64,000 nt of DNA from the NCBI GenBank assembly GCA_028534125.1, contig CM052818.1:26414001-26478000 (forward strand), read 5' to 3'. The notes beneath the pieces are model-generated. The model made no database searches, was not told where the DNA came from, and worked only from the letters and a program-made list of their open reading frames with translations. Source of the stretch: Lama glama. Its lineage: Eukaryota. Of this stretch, positions 13,376 to 25,909 are shown piece by piece. Each line of letters begins with the position of its first letter. The stretch's first letter is position 1. Made by a program: the position numbers and the translations under genes.

Positions 13376-15029
13376 TTCTTAACCACTTGGCTTTAAAAGG
13401 TTTTCTCTAATGAATAACCATCTGAATTTTATAACCCTCCAAGCCACTCATATATTCGTATGAATTCATCAATCAGTTTCTTCTTCTGGGGTTAGCCCTG
13501 AGGGAATGGACATTATGAAAAGGTGGGGAAAGGGATCATTTTGGAAGGTGGGTATACAGTAAAAGGAAAGAAGACTTTGGTGGTGTTCCAAAGGAAGATC
13601 AGACTGAACGTTGAGAGAGTAAGAAAGCAAGTGAGGATAAGAGTGGTATGGAGGAAAGGGTCCCAAAAGAATATAGAAGAAGACAGAGGTCATCAAAGGT
13701 CAGCCTCATGGGAACTGGGCTCCTAGCTGTCCAAAAAGCCCATTATGCTCCTTTCTTTTCCCCTGTGACCCAAAGGAAGGCAGGAATAATCCCTGTCACA
13801 CCTTCTAGTAATCAGTGCATCTGGGGCAGGAGAAGGGATTAGTGATTAGAGGGTCCTATTTGGCTGAGACCCATCACCACCACAGACACACCTGACACAG
13901 AAAATTAGCAAGCCATGCTCGGGACCAACTGTAGCCTGCCAAGCTACAGAGCAGATGTTGCCTGGAGTTTTCTGTTAAGCACTGTTTGTAACTTTCTGCC
14001 AGGAAGTGTCTTTGGAAGGCAAAGAAACAAAGACCAGACACCTAACTTCATAAAAACTAACAAGAGTCTGATCCTCCCAGCGGCTTGCTTGTACAGCTGT
14101 AGCAGCTGCTTGTGACATCTCTTTTACCCACATGCTTGCCAACCGTAATACACAAGAAGAACACTCTTTCATAAAGGGACAGAGGGAAACAAACACCACC
14201 AGGGATTTTTCTTCCAAAAATGATTTGAGAATGCCCTTCCTCTCAAGATTACTTGATCCAACTACATTCATCTTACTAATATTCTTCTGTCAGAGACTCT
14301 GAATTTCAGACGACAAAACTCTATTTTCCGGAATCCTCCATGTTGTAACTGCCTATTAATTACCTTCACTTGTCAGCTGGCCCCCCACACACAGGGCTTA
14401 AATGTTTAGTCTGCAGTTTGTATAATCATTCTCCTGCTTCATAATTACTCTCCAGAATTACTTAGCTCTGAAGGCATCACCACAAAGTCTGTGCTTTTCA
14501 TGTTCTTATAATAATGCATTATCAGGTCGGTATTCATAAAGCCTTGTTCAGGGATTGAAATGAATCTTTATGCAATACTTGTCCTTTGAACAAATTTTGT
14601 TTTGTACCTATTTCTCAGGCTTTGGGGTTGGGGACCAAGTGAGTGGGTTCTGGGAGTAGTAGATATGAGAAGCCCTCTGTTTCCACTGTGCACACAGAAG
14701 GAGTTTCCATACATCTAAAGGCTAGAAGACTTCACCACTCCATTTTCAAAACCAGCCCTGCTTAAGTTGAAATAGTAATGAAATTTAAGGAGTTTCCACA
14801 AGGCCTGGACACTCACCTGCCATCCTAAATTTATGTCAGACTTGGACCACTGGAGCAAGGAAGGGCAGGCCTAGCCAATAAGAATGGACTCTTGGCTTCA
14901 ACATAAAAACAGAAAGGGATAGAAGGCTAAGATGGCTTGGAGGGGAAGGTAGTTTCAGAGAAGATTATCATGTCAGAGCAAGGCTTTCATGGTGCATAGT
15001 GACTCTTCTAACCCCGAAGGTCAAGGCCC

Positions 15030-15470
15030 TTGGTAATCCAACACACTGGCTATCTCCAATTATTCAACATTCCAAAACTCCTTTTGGCCAGGCTCATTTC
15101 ACTCTTGTGCACACAAATCTCTCACCACCACTGTGATTCTGCTCATGGCTTCTGCTGCCTGCAATGCCCTTTTCCAATACTCAAATTCTACCTCCTCCAG
15201 AGAGATTTTCCTTTCCTGCTAGCCCCCAATAATCTCTTACCTCTCTGAGACAACTCCATACATTTCACTTATAAATTCATCATCCCTGTCTCTCTTCTGT
15301 TGCTGTCTTCAAGTGTCATTGACATCATTTATGGTCACTTAAATTTGCATTGTGGATGTATCTTCTTTACAAATGTTAATTAAGTTCCTTGAAGGCAAGG
15401 ATCTTATCATATTATTCTCACATCTCTCACAGCATCAACAACAATACTCAATAAATATCTTTATTAGCTT
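15030..15470 (+). mobile_element. L2 3' fragment
   Basis: ctgcctgcaatgccctt..taagttccttgaaggcaaggatc..atactcaataaatat. Confidence 0.6.
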
Positions 15471-17204
15471 CAGTTCATTTGCATCACACTCAGACTTTAC
15501 CAATTATTTGCCTTCCTGGGGAAAGCCAGAGTAATAATCAGTGGACTTGTGGTTGAGCCTCTTTAGCAACAGTGCTTAGTTTATTTATTAATTGGTACTA
15601 TGATTTTAGGAGTTGCATTTGTTTTCTTACTCCTACATTCTAATTATATGCCTACTGCCAGAATGTGCATAGTAAACTGGTGTGTGTGTGTGTTTAAACT
15701 GAGAGCTGACTTGCTCTCTACTCTCTGTGAAAAGGGGAATTAGTCATGGTTACTGAAAAGAGGGGAACATATTCAAAATAAATATCAGTGCATGAGATTG
15801 CTTTTCACTCAAAATCTGAACACCCACGTGAGATTGAATTTGTAAATATTTACTGTAACTTATGGCAAAAAATATTGGCTTCCTAAGCTATATTGCTGCC
15901 AAAATATTTCTTTCCCACATGCCTGCCCAATGTTCTGGCCTGTGGCTCCAGGCAACATACCCTCTGTCTTAACTTAACATCCTAGCATTGGTAAAGCTTT
16001 AAGTGGACTTACGAAGAATGTGGAAGAATAAAAAGAAAAGAGGGAAATAGAAAGAGAGAAAAAGAAAAAATAAGAAACTTAAAGAATTTAAAAAGCTACA
16101 TAACTAACAATAAAAGTACTATTTTTCATGATGTCTGAAGTCTACTATATGAGTTAAGCAAACCATCACCCTCACAAGTACAAAAATTTTAGAAAGAGCC
16201 TGAGCAAGGTTGACAAATCCCAAAGCTGACAAGTTCACAGCTCACATAGGCTTCATCTGCTCATAAGGGCACCCATCATCCCCACCACACTCTAGGACCA
16301 CAGACTTATTCTCAAGATCTCATCAAGACCATCATGGTAGAACTCAGATTATCACTGAGGCCACCCAACTCAGAGGCCAGTTGCCTATGGTTCACCTGTC
16401 TTCTTGTTCCTGACTCATGTGAACAATCTTTATTTTCATGTTGAATCAACTTGGATTCAGTACTTCGTATTTTTTTGAGTTCCCAAAGAAATTCACTAAC
16501 AGAACCATACGGGAGCAGTATCAGCTTCACCAAAGATGTTATAGAAGAGTGAGGGAGAGCTAGGTAGGTTGCATTCCATATTCACAATTAACAATTTATC
16601 CCATTAAGTATTTCTGTTTTACTGAAGGCCTTTGCTTGGCCACTTGACCACTGTGAATTATTCTCTCTACTCCTCCCCCAGTAAAGCCCAACTTATGCTG
16701 TAGGCACCACCAGCACAAGGGTTATACCAGAGAAGGGACTGGAGAGGAACCCCCACACCACCTTTTAGTCCCTCCAGGGTGACTGGTCTGCATTAACCTA
16801 AGTGATCTCTGTTCTGATAACCTAAGGGCTCAGGGGCTGCAACTGAATTCTGACATCACCTCATGTTTCCAAATCTCCAAAGACATTTTTCCTACTTCTC
16901 CCCACTCTCCATCAGCAGTCCCTCCTTTTCACACACATCCCCAGCCCTCTCCCTTTACAACAGGTTAACTTAAACTCGTTATTTTCTGAAAAGTTAACTC
17001 TTCCTTCTTCCTCTAGGGGAAGAAAAGGGCCAGGATCTTGTGAATAACAGGACAAGCCCTCCCGGCTGGACTGGAGGCAAGGACTCCTGAGCTGGCTAAA
17101 GAGATTCAGAGTGTGGAGAACAGACTCTCTCCTTCCTCTCTGCACAGTCCTTCTATATCTATCTCCCAGCCTGCCCTGACTCCTTATAAGAGTGGACGGT
17201 ATGA

Positions 17205-17380
17205 AAAAGGATCCACTATATAATTTGCAGGCTGAGTGTAAAGGGAAAATGTGGGGTCCCTTGTTCAAAAGTTAACAATTTCAAGACAGTGACATCAGAG
17301 CATTAAACCAAACACAGGCTCTCTGGAGCAGGGGACCTATGGGCCTAAACAGCTTGCACACTCATGAAGTTGGTCCTTGA
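17205..17380 (+). mobile_element. hAT-Tip100 MITE (MER45A-like)
   Basis: ataatttgcagg..gaaaatgtggggtcccttgttcaaaa..ttcaagacagtgacatcagagcattaaaccaa..gcacactcatgaagttggtcct. Confidence 0.7.
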
Positions 17381-18954
17381 TATGAGAAGTTACAGGAATT
17401 GTAGTCATTTACGTGAAATGTGTGCCATTTGTGGTCAATTACTGTGCAGTGTAATAATAATTGTGCATTTCATAATTATGTAAGTTAAAATATGTAATAA
17501 TTACATAAACACTGCTTTGTAATCATACAATGCAAGGCATTGTTTTTACTAGGCACCAGATTTACTTTGTTAAATGGCATATTGATTACAGAACCAAACC
17601 CTGTTCATATGCAGTCTTGGGGTGGGGGTGAGGGGCTGTGGCAGTTCCTCCACTTACAAATTTTAATTTGAAGAGGCTGTGAATGATGTGACCCAAAAGG
17701 CATTGCCGTAAACAACACCAACCAAGACCAGCAATAGTGGATTTCAGAGCTGAAAATAAGTCTCCTTCCTTCCATTTCATTTAGGATAAACGAGCTAATT
17801 GAAATTATACTTAGTTATACATTAAGAAAGATGGTTCCTAGAATTTTGGGTTTTATAAATGAATGAAATTTCCAAGAAATTTAGGAGATGGACAATTTAA
17901 TTCTGCCACATAAGGACATCAAAAAGAAAGCATCAATTCAAAAAGAAAGGACATTTTAAACAAAAAGATTCACAAGAATATGATTTTAAAATAAAGACAA
18001 TCCTTTAAGGTAAATGAATTTAGTGTTATAAACAACTTACATTATTGATGTTCTTCCTCACTTAGCCACAAGCAGGTGCAAACTTTTCCTCTATCCTCAG
18101 CATGATCCACAGATGGACATTTATGGATCGTGGGTCAAAAGGTCCGCGGCTACAGGAATGTCTATAAGGAGAATTGAAGTATCACTTTGCTTTAATGTGA
18201 ACGATTCCTGAAGAATCACAGCCAGTAGTTTGCTTTGGGAGAACAATCCATTTTGATTTTGTCATCCGGATGTCAATGTCCCCATCCCTCAGCCCCCAGC
18301 TCCATTTCTTAGAGATTTGGTTAAAACTAGCCCAAACCCCAAATCAATGTCTTTGAACCCTCAGAGCACCTGTGCCTTGCTTTTCTTTGCCTCCCTGCCC
18401 CAGGATTCATGTGGAATCACTCTGGTTCAAGTCCATCCATTGGTTCCATTTTAAAAAATCTATTCAGTACAAGCTCTTCAGGATTTAGACAACTTTCACA
18501 GAGAGCTTTTGGGCTTGTGGTCTTCAGCCATCTTCCTCAGTCCACCTCCATTCTCCCCTTCCCTTACTGCTCTGGGACTTCAGATAGATCTCCTACCTCC
18601 TGGAGAACACTTCTGCCCTGAAACAAATCCCTTGAGTACTTAGTAGTACTTTATGTCTAACACAATGGGGCTTCCAAATCAATGGGACTTCCTCCTTAAA
18701 GAAATTCTGGTGGATTTAATGTGTGTCCCCCCAACTGCCATTCTCACTCATTTCCTATCATTAACTAATACCACAGAACTTACTGATCTGCCCTGGTTAT
18801 TTAGCAGTGCATGAATTCATCCGAGGGCCTGTACGTACCATATAATATAATCTATTACCCTGTGTACTTTGCTAGCATTCCACATCTATCTGTCTTGCCC
18901 CTCTATTGGGTTGTAATGTTTCTGTGAGTCAGGGTAGTAATTCTTACACCTCTA

Positions 18955-19385
18955 ACTGTTCACTCAGCAAGCAAGCCTTTGGGTGTCTTCATGTGCCAGG
19001 TACACTTAATACAATGGCAACACTTGCCCTTGAGAAGTTCATGGCTTAGGAAGGGGCAAAAGCAGATATATATACACAGATGAATTACAATATGCTGTGG
19101 GAAGTGCTATAATAGAGATGTGAACACGCTGTATAGGAGCCCAGAAGAGGAAAATTTAACTCTACCCAGGAGAGTTGGAATAGGCCTCTGCAGGATGCAT
19201 CAGAGTTCCTAGAGGAAGGGCATTCCAGACAGAAGACCAGAATATGTAAAGGCACAGAGATAGGAAAAGGCAAGTTATGTATTGAAAATCTAAAAAGTTC
19301 AATGTGATGAGGGCATGAAGCTCCTAGAATGGATGTGAAAGAAGTAAGGAGAGGGTGTCAGGACAGACTACAAAAAAAGCCTTCT
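18955..19385 (-). mobile_element. L2 fragment
   Basis: atgtgccagg..cttgcccttgagaagttca..ggaagggcattccagacagaag..atatgtaaaggcacagag. Confidence 0.65.
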
Positions 19386-19439
19386 AAATTTCTCATAGCT
19401 CCTAGCCTACTGCTGGATATAGTCTGTGCTTAAAAAATA

Positions 19440-19660
19440 GTAGTAGTGTACTTCTGTAGAACACTTGACCATCTTCAAAGAATTTTTACATTTATGACCT
19501 TTGTTCTCACAACACTGTAGATAAGCATCTCCCCTCAGCTTATAGATGATAAAATTGAGCCGTGGAGTGCTTTAGTGATGTGCTTCAAGTACTCAGCTAA
19601 GTAATATCAGGTGAGACTCTAATCTACTTACCTCTCTTAATTCTAAATCCAAAACTCTTT
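19440..19660 (-). mobile_element. MIR SINE
   Basis: ctcacaacactgtagataag..ttatagatgataaaattgag..ttctaaatccaaaactctttccacca. Confidence 0.6.
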
Positions 19661-19734
19661 CCACCACCCAGATCAGAAGTGAGCGGGCCCATGGCTACCA
19701 CTGTCACAAAGCCTTGTAGAGGGATATGTAGTAC

Positions 19735-19915
19735 AATCTAATGGAAAGAGAATGAACTTTATAGAGCCGTAACATCCAAGTTCAAGTCCTGGTTCTATCA
19801 TGTATGACCCATGTGACCTTTGGAAAGGGAAAAAAATCTCTCAGCCTCTGCTTTGTCATCTGTCAATATTACATGAGAAGCCTTCTTCATAGAATTGTTG
19901 ATGGGATCAAAGTAT
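19735..19915 (+). mobile_element. MIR SINE
   Basis: agttcaagtcctggttct..atgtgacctttgg..cagcctctgctttgtcatctgt. Confidence 0.6.
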
Positions 19916-21624
19916 ACAATCCCTCCATTAATTGGAAGTCACTTCACGAATGTTACAAAACTATTTTTAAGTGACCATTCCAAAGACAGAGGGAACTTTA
20001 ATTGCACATTACCTTTCAAAAATAAATATAGACTTATTTTAAGTTATACCAAATATTTTTATTTTGGCCCAAGCAGTCTGATGTGCCCTTAAAGCTATTC
20101 ATTCTTCCTTATTTTTCCTGGACTGTACTTTACAGGCTCAGCTTTATTTCTAAAATGAATTATAAACTCACTTACATATGAATCATCTGCTGTCCTCATT
20201 TCACACCACAAGGTCTATTTTTGCGGGGGGGGTGAGAGGGAGAGTTGACAGCGATTACAAGCTTCTGTAAGAATTTGTTATTTGCTCAGATAAAATGACT
20301 CCTTTCTCTTTGGACTTCACTTTGAAAGAAATCGGTTAAGAAATGCTATTTTTATTTTCCAGGATCTTCGTAGCATTAAACTACTGCCACTAGAGTGCAG
20401 GATGTGGGAAAAGGACACTGGGAAATGCCATGCAAGTGTCAGTCAGATCTGTCAACACCCACCCCAATGATTCTGTAGACCTGTTACTCAGCTTTTCCTT
20501 CAAGTGTCTACATGCAGAAAAGCCAAGCAATCTACTAAAAATTAAAATTACCTCTGAGACCCAAATAAAAGTGAAGTAATGAGACAGACGCAGGGGTGAA
20601 AATAAAGTAAGGATCCCCCCATGATATATCAAAAATCACATGGTCTGATTTTATCCCTTCCTCTCTGGGCTCCCCTCTCCTCAAACAACCAAGCAAGCCC
20701 TTCCATCAATTAGTGCCATCTAGCATGGAAAAGAGAAAAAAAAAAAAATCACAGTCGATATTTTCCACTGAGCCAGCCACTCTTTTTTTTTTTTCTTCCC
20801 TGAGGTTAATAGTGAAAGCTCTGTTTGTTTCACAATGCTTTAATTCTTACTGCTTGCAAGGAATTATTTTTGGAGGTATCATATTTTAATATAAGTTTCC
20901 ATTAATCTTTCCACATGATTCCCTTGCTTTTAAGAACTGCCTTCCCAACCAGGCTCACCCAACAATGCCCATGCTTCATACACTCAGCCCTGAGACAGGC
21001 CAAACACTGTGTTCATCGCCTGGAACACGGCCCTGGAGGCTGGTCGGGAAGGAGGGAACATTTGCAAACCACGCTCAAGTGTCATGGTGGTTTTCAGCTG
21101 GCAAAAGCATCTGAACATAAGTTGTTGCACTTTTCATGCTCATGAAGGGATTTTCCAAAAATCTAAGCTATGTTTTGAAATCTGCATTATTATAGGGTCT
21201 AGCTTTATCCACTCCTCTTCTTTCTCTAGCTCTCTGCTTCCCAAATGGTTCAGAGGAGAACTTCTGAAAACACAGCCAGGGTAAAGACTGGCTCTTTTTG
21301 CTAAGGATTAAAACAAGAGGCTGATTAAAAGAAAAGTTGCCTTATATTCTTTTTGCATTTTGATTAGCCTAATTATGCTCAATCTTGTTTACTATGTTCT
21401 CCATTCAAAATGCCAGAATTAGAAAGAATGATTGCAAACGTAAGAAAGTCAGTCTTGGGACAGGAAGGCCCCAAACACACTATAACACGCAGCATGGAAG
21501 GCCGCTGACTAGTACCTTTCTTTTCCCCTTCCAAATTCCAAGATCCATTGTTACATTAAAAATACGTTCTTTTCCTTTTTTTAAAAAAAAATTATGTTTA
21601 TGCATACTACACTTCTATCTATTA

Positions 21625-21815
21625 TACTAGGACTTTGGAAATAGAATGACCAGTGTTTGAATTCACTCTTGTCATCTTATCAGGTTACCTAGAGCCTCTA
21701 AGCCTCCGTTTCCTCGCCTGTAAAATGATAAAGATACCAAGATCACAGATAATATTACCATGATGATAAAAGAGAAATCATATTGACACAGTAAGTGCTC
21801 AATGAGAGCTATCAT
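21625..21815 (+). mobile_element. MIR SINE
   Basis: gactttggaa..gtttgaattc..ctctaagcctccgtttcctcgcctgtaaaatg..cagtaagtgctcaat. Confidence 0.65.
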
Positions 21816-21836
21816 TACTATTACTATTATTACTGG

Positions 21837-22264
21837 TGTGGTAGGCTGTTCCATTGTGGTCTCTTCACTGAAGGACACCTCCTGGTATTCACCCCCTTGA
21901 AAAACCCCTCCCCCATCGAAGCTGCTTTTGATCAAGTGACTTGACTTGGCCAATGAAGCTTTAGCAAGTGAGACACAAGCAGAGGCTTCATAGGCACTTA
22001 CACAATAAGGTTTGTTTTTGTCCAAACACTCCCTCTTGGATCCCAGCTGCCATGCTGTGAGGAAGTCTAGACTATCCTGCTGGAAAGAGGCTACCTGGAG
22101 AGGCCCTGGAGGATGAGACACCACATACAAAGAAAAGTTGTGTGGACGATAACTGAGCTGCCCCGCTGAATTCCCACTGAATGGGACCAACACCACTGAG
22201 AGCAGAAGAACTGCCCATAGCTGTGTGAGAAATAATAAATCATTGTTGATAAATAACTGAAACA
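21837..22264 (+). mobile_element. MaLR solo LTR (MLT1F/G-like)
   Basis: tgtggtaggctg..cctcctggtattcac..gtgacttgacttggccaatg..cagctgccatgctgtgaggaag..tgtgagaaataataaatcattgttg..ataactgaaaca. Confidence 0.8.
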
Positions 22265-22309
22265 CCCGGGAAGGAAAAAGAAAACAGATTTAGACGTTCC
22301 ACAACTGAT

Positions 22310-22520
22310 GAAGACTGCAGTTCAGAAAATCCATACGTTGAGTCAATTACTAATCATATGACTGTGGGCAAATGAATTGTCCTCTCTAAGCCTCAGTCTG
22401 ATCATCTAGGTATGAATGTAATAGTAGTTACCTCATAGGATTATTGTGTGGATTAAAAAGATGATCCATATAAAACATTTAGTTCAGTGCCAGGCTCACA
22501 GCTAAACTTTAAAAAGTAAA
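22310..22520 (+). mobile_element. MIR SINE
   Basis: tgactgtgggcaa..ctctctaagcctcagt..tacctcataggattattgtgtggattaaa..cagtgccaggc. Confidence 0.65.
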
Positions 22521-22654
22521 AACGGTATTATCATTATTTTCCTTGAAGTAGAAACAGAAAGAGCGCAATTTTGTTGGAAGTACTGGGATATCTTGTTAAT
22601 AATGAGTTGGCAGAGAGCACTGCCCAACTTTGTGACCCACCCTGAGCCGCTAGA

Positions 22655-22710
22655 GGAGCCAGCTGTCGATGATGTCAAGGTCATTTCTGCGAAGGCAGCT
22701 GAGTCAAACG
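22655..22710. promoter_or_regulatory. Candidate enhancer core (dense TF motif cluster)
   Basis: CAGCTG (22660), TGATGTCA (22670), TCAAGGTCA (22675), TTCTGCGAA (22685), CAGCTG (22696) and TGAGTCA (22700) within 47 bp of unique sequence with several CpGs. Confidence 0.45.
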
Positions 22711-25700
22711 ACCTACAATTGGGTACACTCTCTTTTCCTTTACTTTAAATATTGACTTTGAGTTTTCACAGGTGCTTTAAATTTACTCACTGGGCCCTTT
22801 TATGCAACCACCTGTCCTCGTTTTTCTTTTACACGGGGAAGAAGAGGCGATGCTAACCTCAGCAAACCTGATTTAGCTCCAGAAATCCAACCCAGGAGAG
22901 AAAGAACATGCACCACTCTTTTAACCAGAAATGAGAAGAGTTCATCAAGGCAAACACACCAAGACCAGGTTCAGGAAGACTTAACTCTCCAGGCACCACT
23001 AGAGCATTCAGCCCAGGATTTTACAAAAATCCAAGCATTCCTGGAACCACCTAGCCAACAGGAAGGGGAGTTGAGTGTCTGTGTTAAAGCAGAGAGGTTA
23101 TTAGCAAATGCAGTCAGTGAATGTTAGAAGGCGCCTAAAAGATGTTATTTTAAAAGAAACCAGGCTTGAGTAGGGGTAGTCATAAACCTCAAACATCTGT
23201 TCCAAGGCCCATAACCCCACACATCTTTAGAGGAAGACATAGTATCACCTTTGCTGGCAGGACAACTTTGCTGATAAGGAAAGATTGAATGTTTTTTAGG
23301 CAAAAAACACACTATCTTCCAAGTGATTTGGAAGCTTTTCAGAGGGGATTGGTGAAATGGGTTCTCTCAGAATCCTAGGACTGGAAGGGATTATTGAGTT
23401 GATATCCACTGCACTTATCTTGTTTGGAATCCTTTAAATGCTTCAGAATTTAATGATGGCCAACTCCTCCCTCTGTGTAATTTCTTCTAATCTTACGACA
23501 GTTGGGCAGGCTGCTGGACCCTGAGGACTCTTGGCCCACGCTGTTTCTCTGGAGCAGCTCCTCTCTTCTCCTATCTGCCTGGTGGTGTCTGTGCTCCTGC
23601 CCTTGTTCATTTGGCCCAGAAGATCCCTTCTTATGTCTGCAGATAAGCTCGGATACACTTCCTGACATCCCAATCAACTTCCTCAGATGCAGAGATTGCC
23701 CAGGGAACTTTTGCTTAATTCATTTCCCAAAGTTGTCCAAAACACTCTCAATATAGCAAGTGAAACAGGGAGATGTAACAGGGCCAGAAAAAAAAATTAC
23801 AGAAAGGCTGGTGCCACGAAGAAGCCAAGACTCTATGAAAAGGGGCAGATGATGTGGCCATGCAAAGGACAGGGCAAAAGCCTAAGAGAAGCAAAGGAAA
23901 AGATTGGCAACCAATGGCAAGGCAACAGAAGCAGGAAAGAGAGGTCACTGTAGGCTGAAAGAGAGCAAGGCCACCCCTTTTTCTGCCCACCTCCTTGTCC
24001 AAGCCCCTGGCAACAACTCCCTGGACCAAGTTCCTGCTAGCTATACTACCAGCATTCACACACTAGCCACCAACTCTCTGCTTCCAGTTGTAAGAGAATG
24101 TCAGCTGAAGCCTCCTTGGATTAAAAGCCAGGCTGCAGGTATATGACTCCCAGATGTGGAACTTATGGTAGAACTGTCGACTTGCATCATTTTAAAAATG
24201 ATCTCCCCAGGAGTGCTTTCTGGAAGGGGCGTGGTGACTGCAGCTGGAAAGGCTACTAGAAACTACAGTTAGTGGGATGCCACAGGAGAATCTCCCAAGA
24301 AGCCAGTGCTAGAGGAGACAACACCAGATCACATAAGGGCCACCACGCAAGAACTTTTCCAATCCATCCTCTTCACTTCTGCTTCCTCTGCCTCAGTTGA
24401 GGCCATCAAAGAAAGCCCAGTAAACACAGAAGAAGGCAGGGACTCTCCCCTCCCCACTTCATACATGTACCCACACTGTCAGCCAAGGGAGGCTGATGTG
24501 GGGTTCTAGGAGGTGAGCGGCCCAAACGAAAAAATGCACGAGGAGTTGCCATACCGCCAGACAGACTTCAGCCAGAGACACCATGGGGTTAACAACACTT
24601 TATTGCCACAGGGAGGTGCGTGCCTATGATGCATCTGTCCCGCTTTTATCTGTTTTTCTGCCAGCACATGCACAGTCTGAGTTTCTTTGTTCATTAGGCT
24701 TACGGAATATCTCTAAGCACATGCGTACTTCTATTTCCTTTGTTCTAAATCTTGTATAATTGACACACGCGTGAAGCAATTAATTACTGCATACTACAAA
24801 CATGCTCTGATCGTGGCCTTGGGTCCCATGGCCTTAACTCATCTCAAGACCAGTTCACACACACTAAAGCCAACCTGTGCAGAGGATGGCAGAGCTCCCA
24901 TTCTAGTTGTGGCGATTATACAATCTGGACATTTTAATTACAAATAAGATGTATTTTTGTGGCTAGGTGTAGTTGGAGGGCTTTCCAATTACTATCTAAG
25001 AATACCCCCCAAATAATGACTTTTACATGAGATTTCATCCAAAGGTGGGATGAAAAGTCAGGAGGAAGGAACCGAGACAGGGTTTGCTGAAGCAGTCATG
25101 AAAAAAATATTCATAATCACACGAGATCAAATGCCACTTAATTGGATACACTAGTTAGACGTTCATTGGTATAGGCAATTTAGGGTTAGCTTCTCTCAGA
25201 ATCAGTCTGGCTGGGGAGAGAGGAATGGAAAGACTTTGCTGAGATGGTGTGACGAGTTCTTTGCCTGCTTCACCTCTATTCCCTTATTTCCCCAAGAACT
25301 CCTGCTTACTGATCATCTGCCAGCATAACTGATACCCAGCTTTGCTAACCACCTTTAGAAATCAGAAGGTGTCAAGTTTTTTTAAAGCTTTCCCTCAAAA
25401 GTAATTATTGGAATTTTAGAGAATTAATACAAAGATCCCTTTCTTACCTGCTCATATTCAGAACCAACAGAAAGAGATAAACTCAGGAATCAGGCAGATG
25501 GAGACCTCACTTTCATTACTGATAATGCTGTTGGAGACGGTAGCTTAGATGTAAGGACCAAATGAACATGCCAGCACTGTACCCCTAAATTAAGCTGATC
25601 CACAGCAGCACTGAACAGCCCCCAAGTGTCCCACAAGGGAATCTTCCCTGGTAAACCTCAGCAGAGAGGAGCCAAGGAGACAGGGAAGCATGGTGTCTGA

Positions 25701-25909
25701 GGCAGTCTGATCCAAAATCTAAAGGAGATTGGAGAGAGCTGAGCCCCTCATTCTCAGGGGTTGCTCCCAAGTTCTCCAATCAGATAAGTCACCCCTCCTC
25801 CTATGGGGAGGAGAGTGAGGGGGCAGAGGTGGTAGAAGAGCCAGGTTTCTCCCAAAGGAAACAAGGAGCAGCAAGTCAGTGTGTACCTGCTGCCTTACAG
25901 AAGTCTTAC

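Noticed and set aside
19620..19636. Strong minus-strand donor GAG|gtaagt
   Set aside because: Inside a MIR, with no convincing acceptor upstream.
21672..22265. Longest ORF in the track (197 aa, minus strand)
   Set aside because: Lies entirely antisense to an MLT1F-like LTR and a MIR; no recognisable domain.
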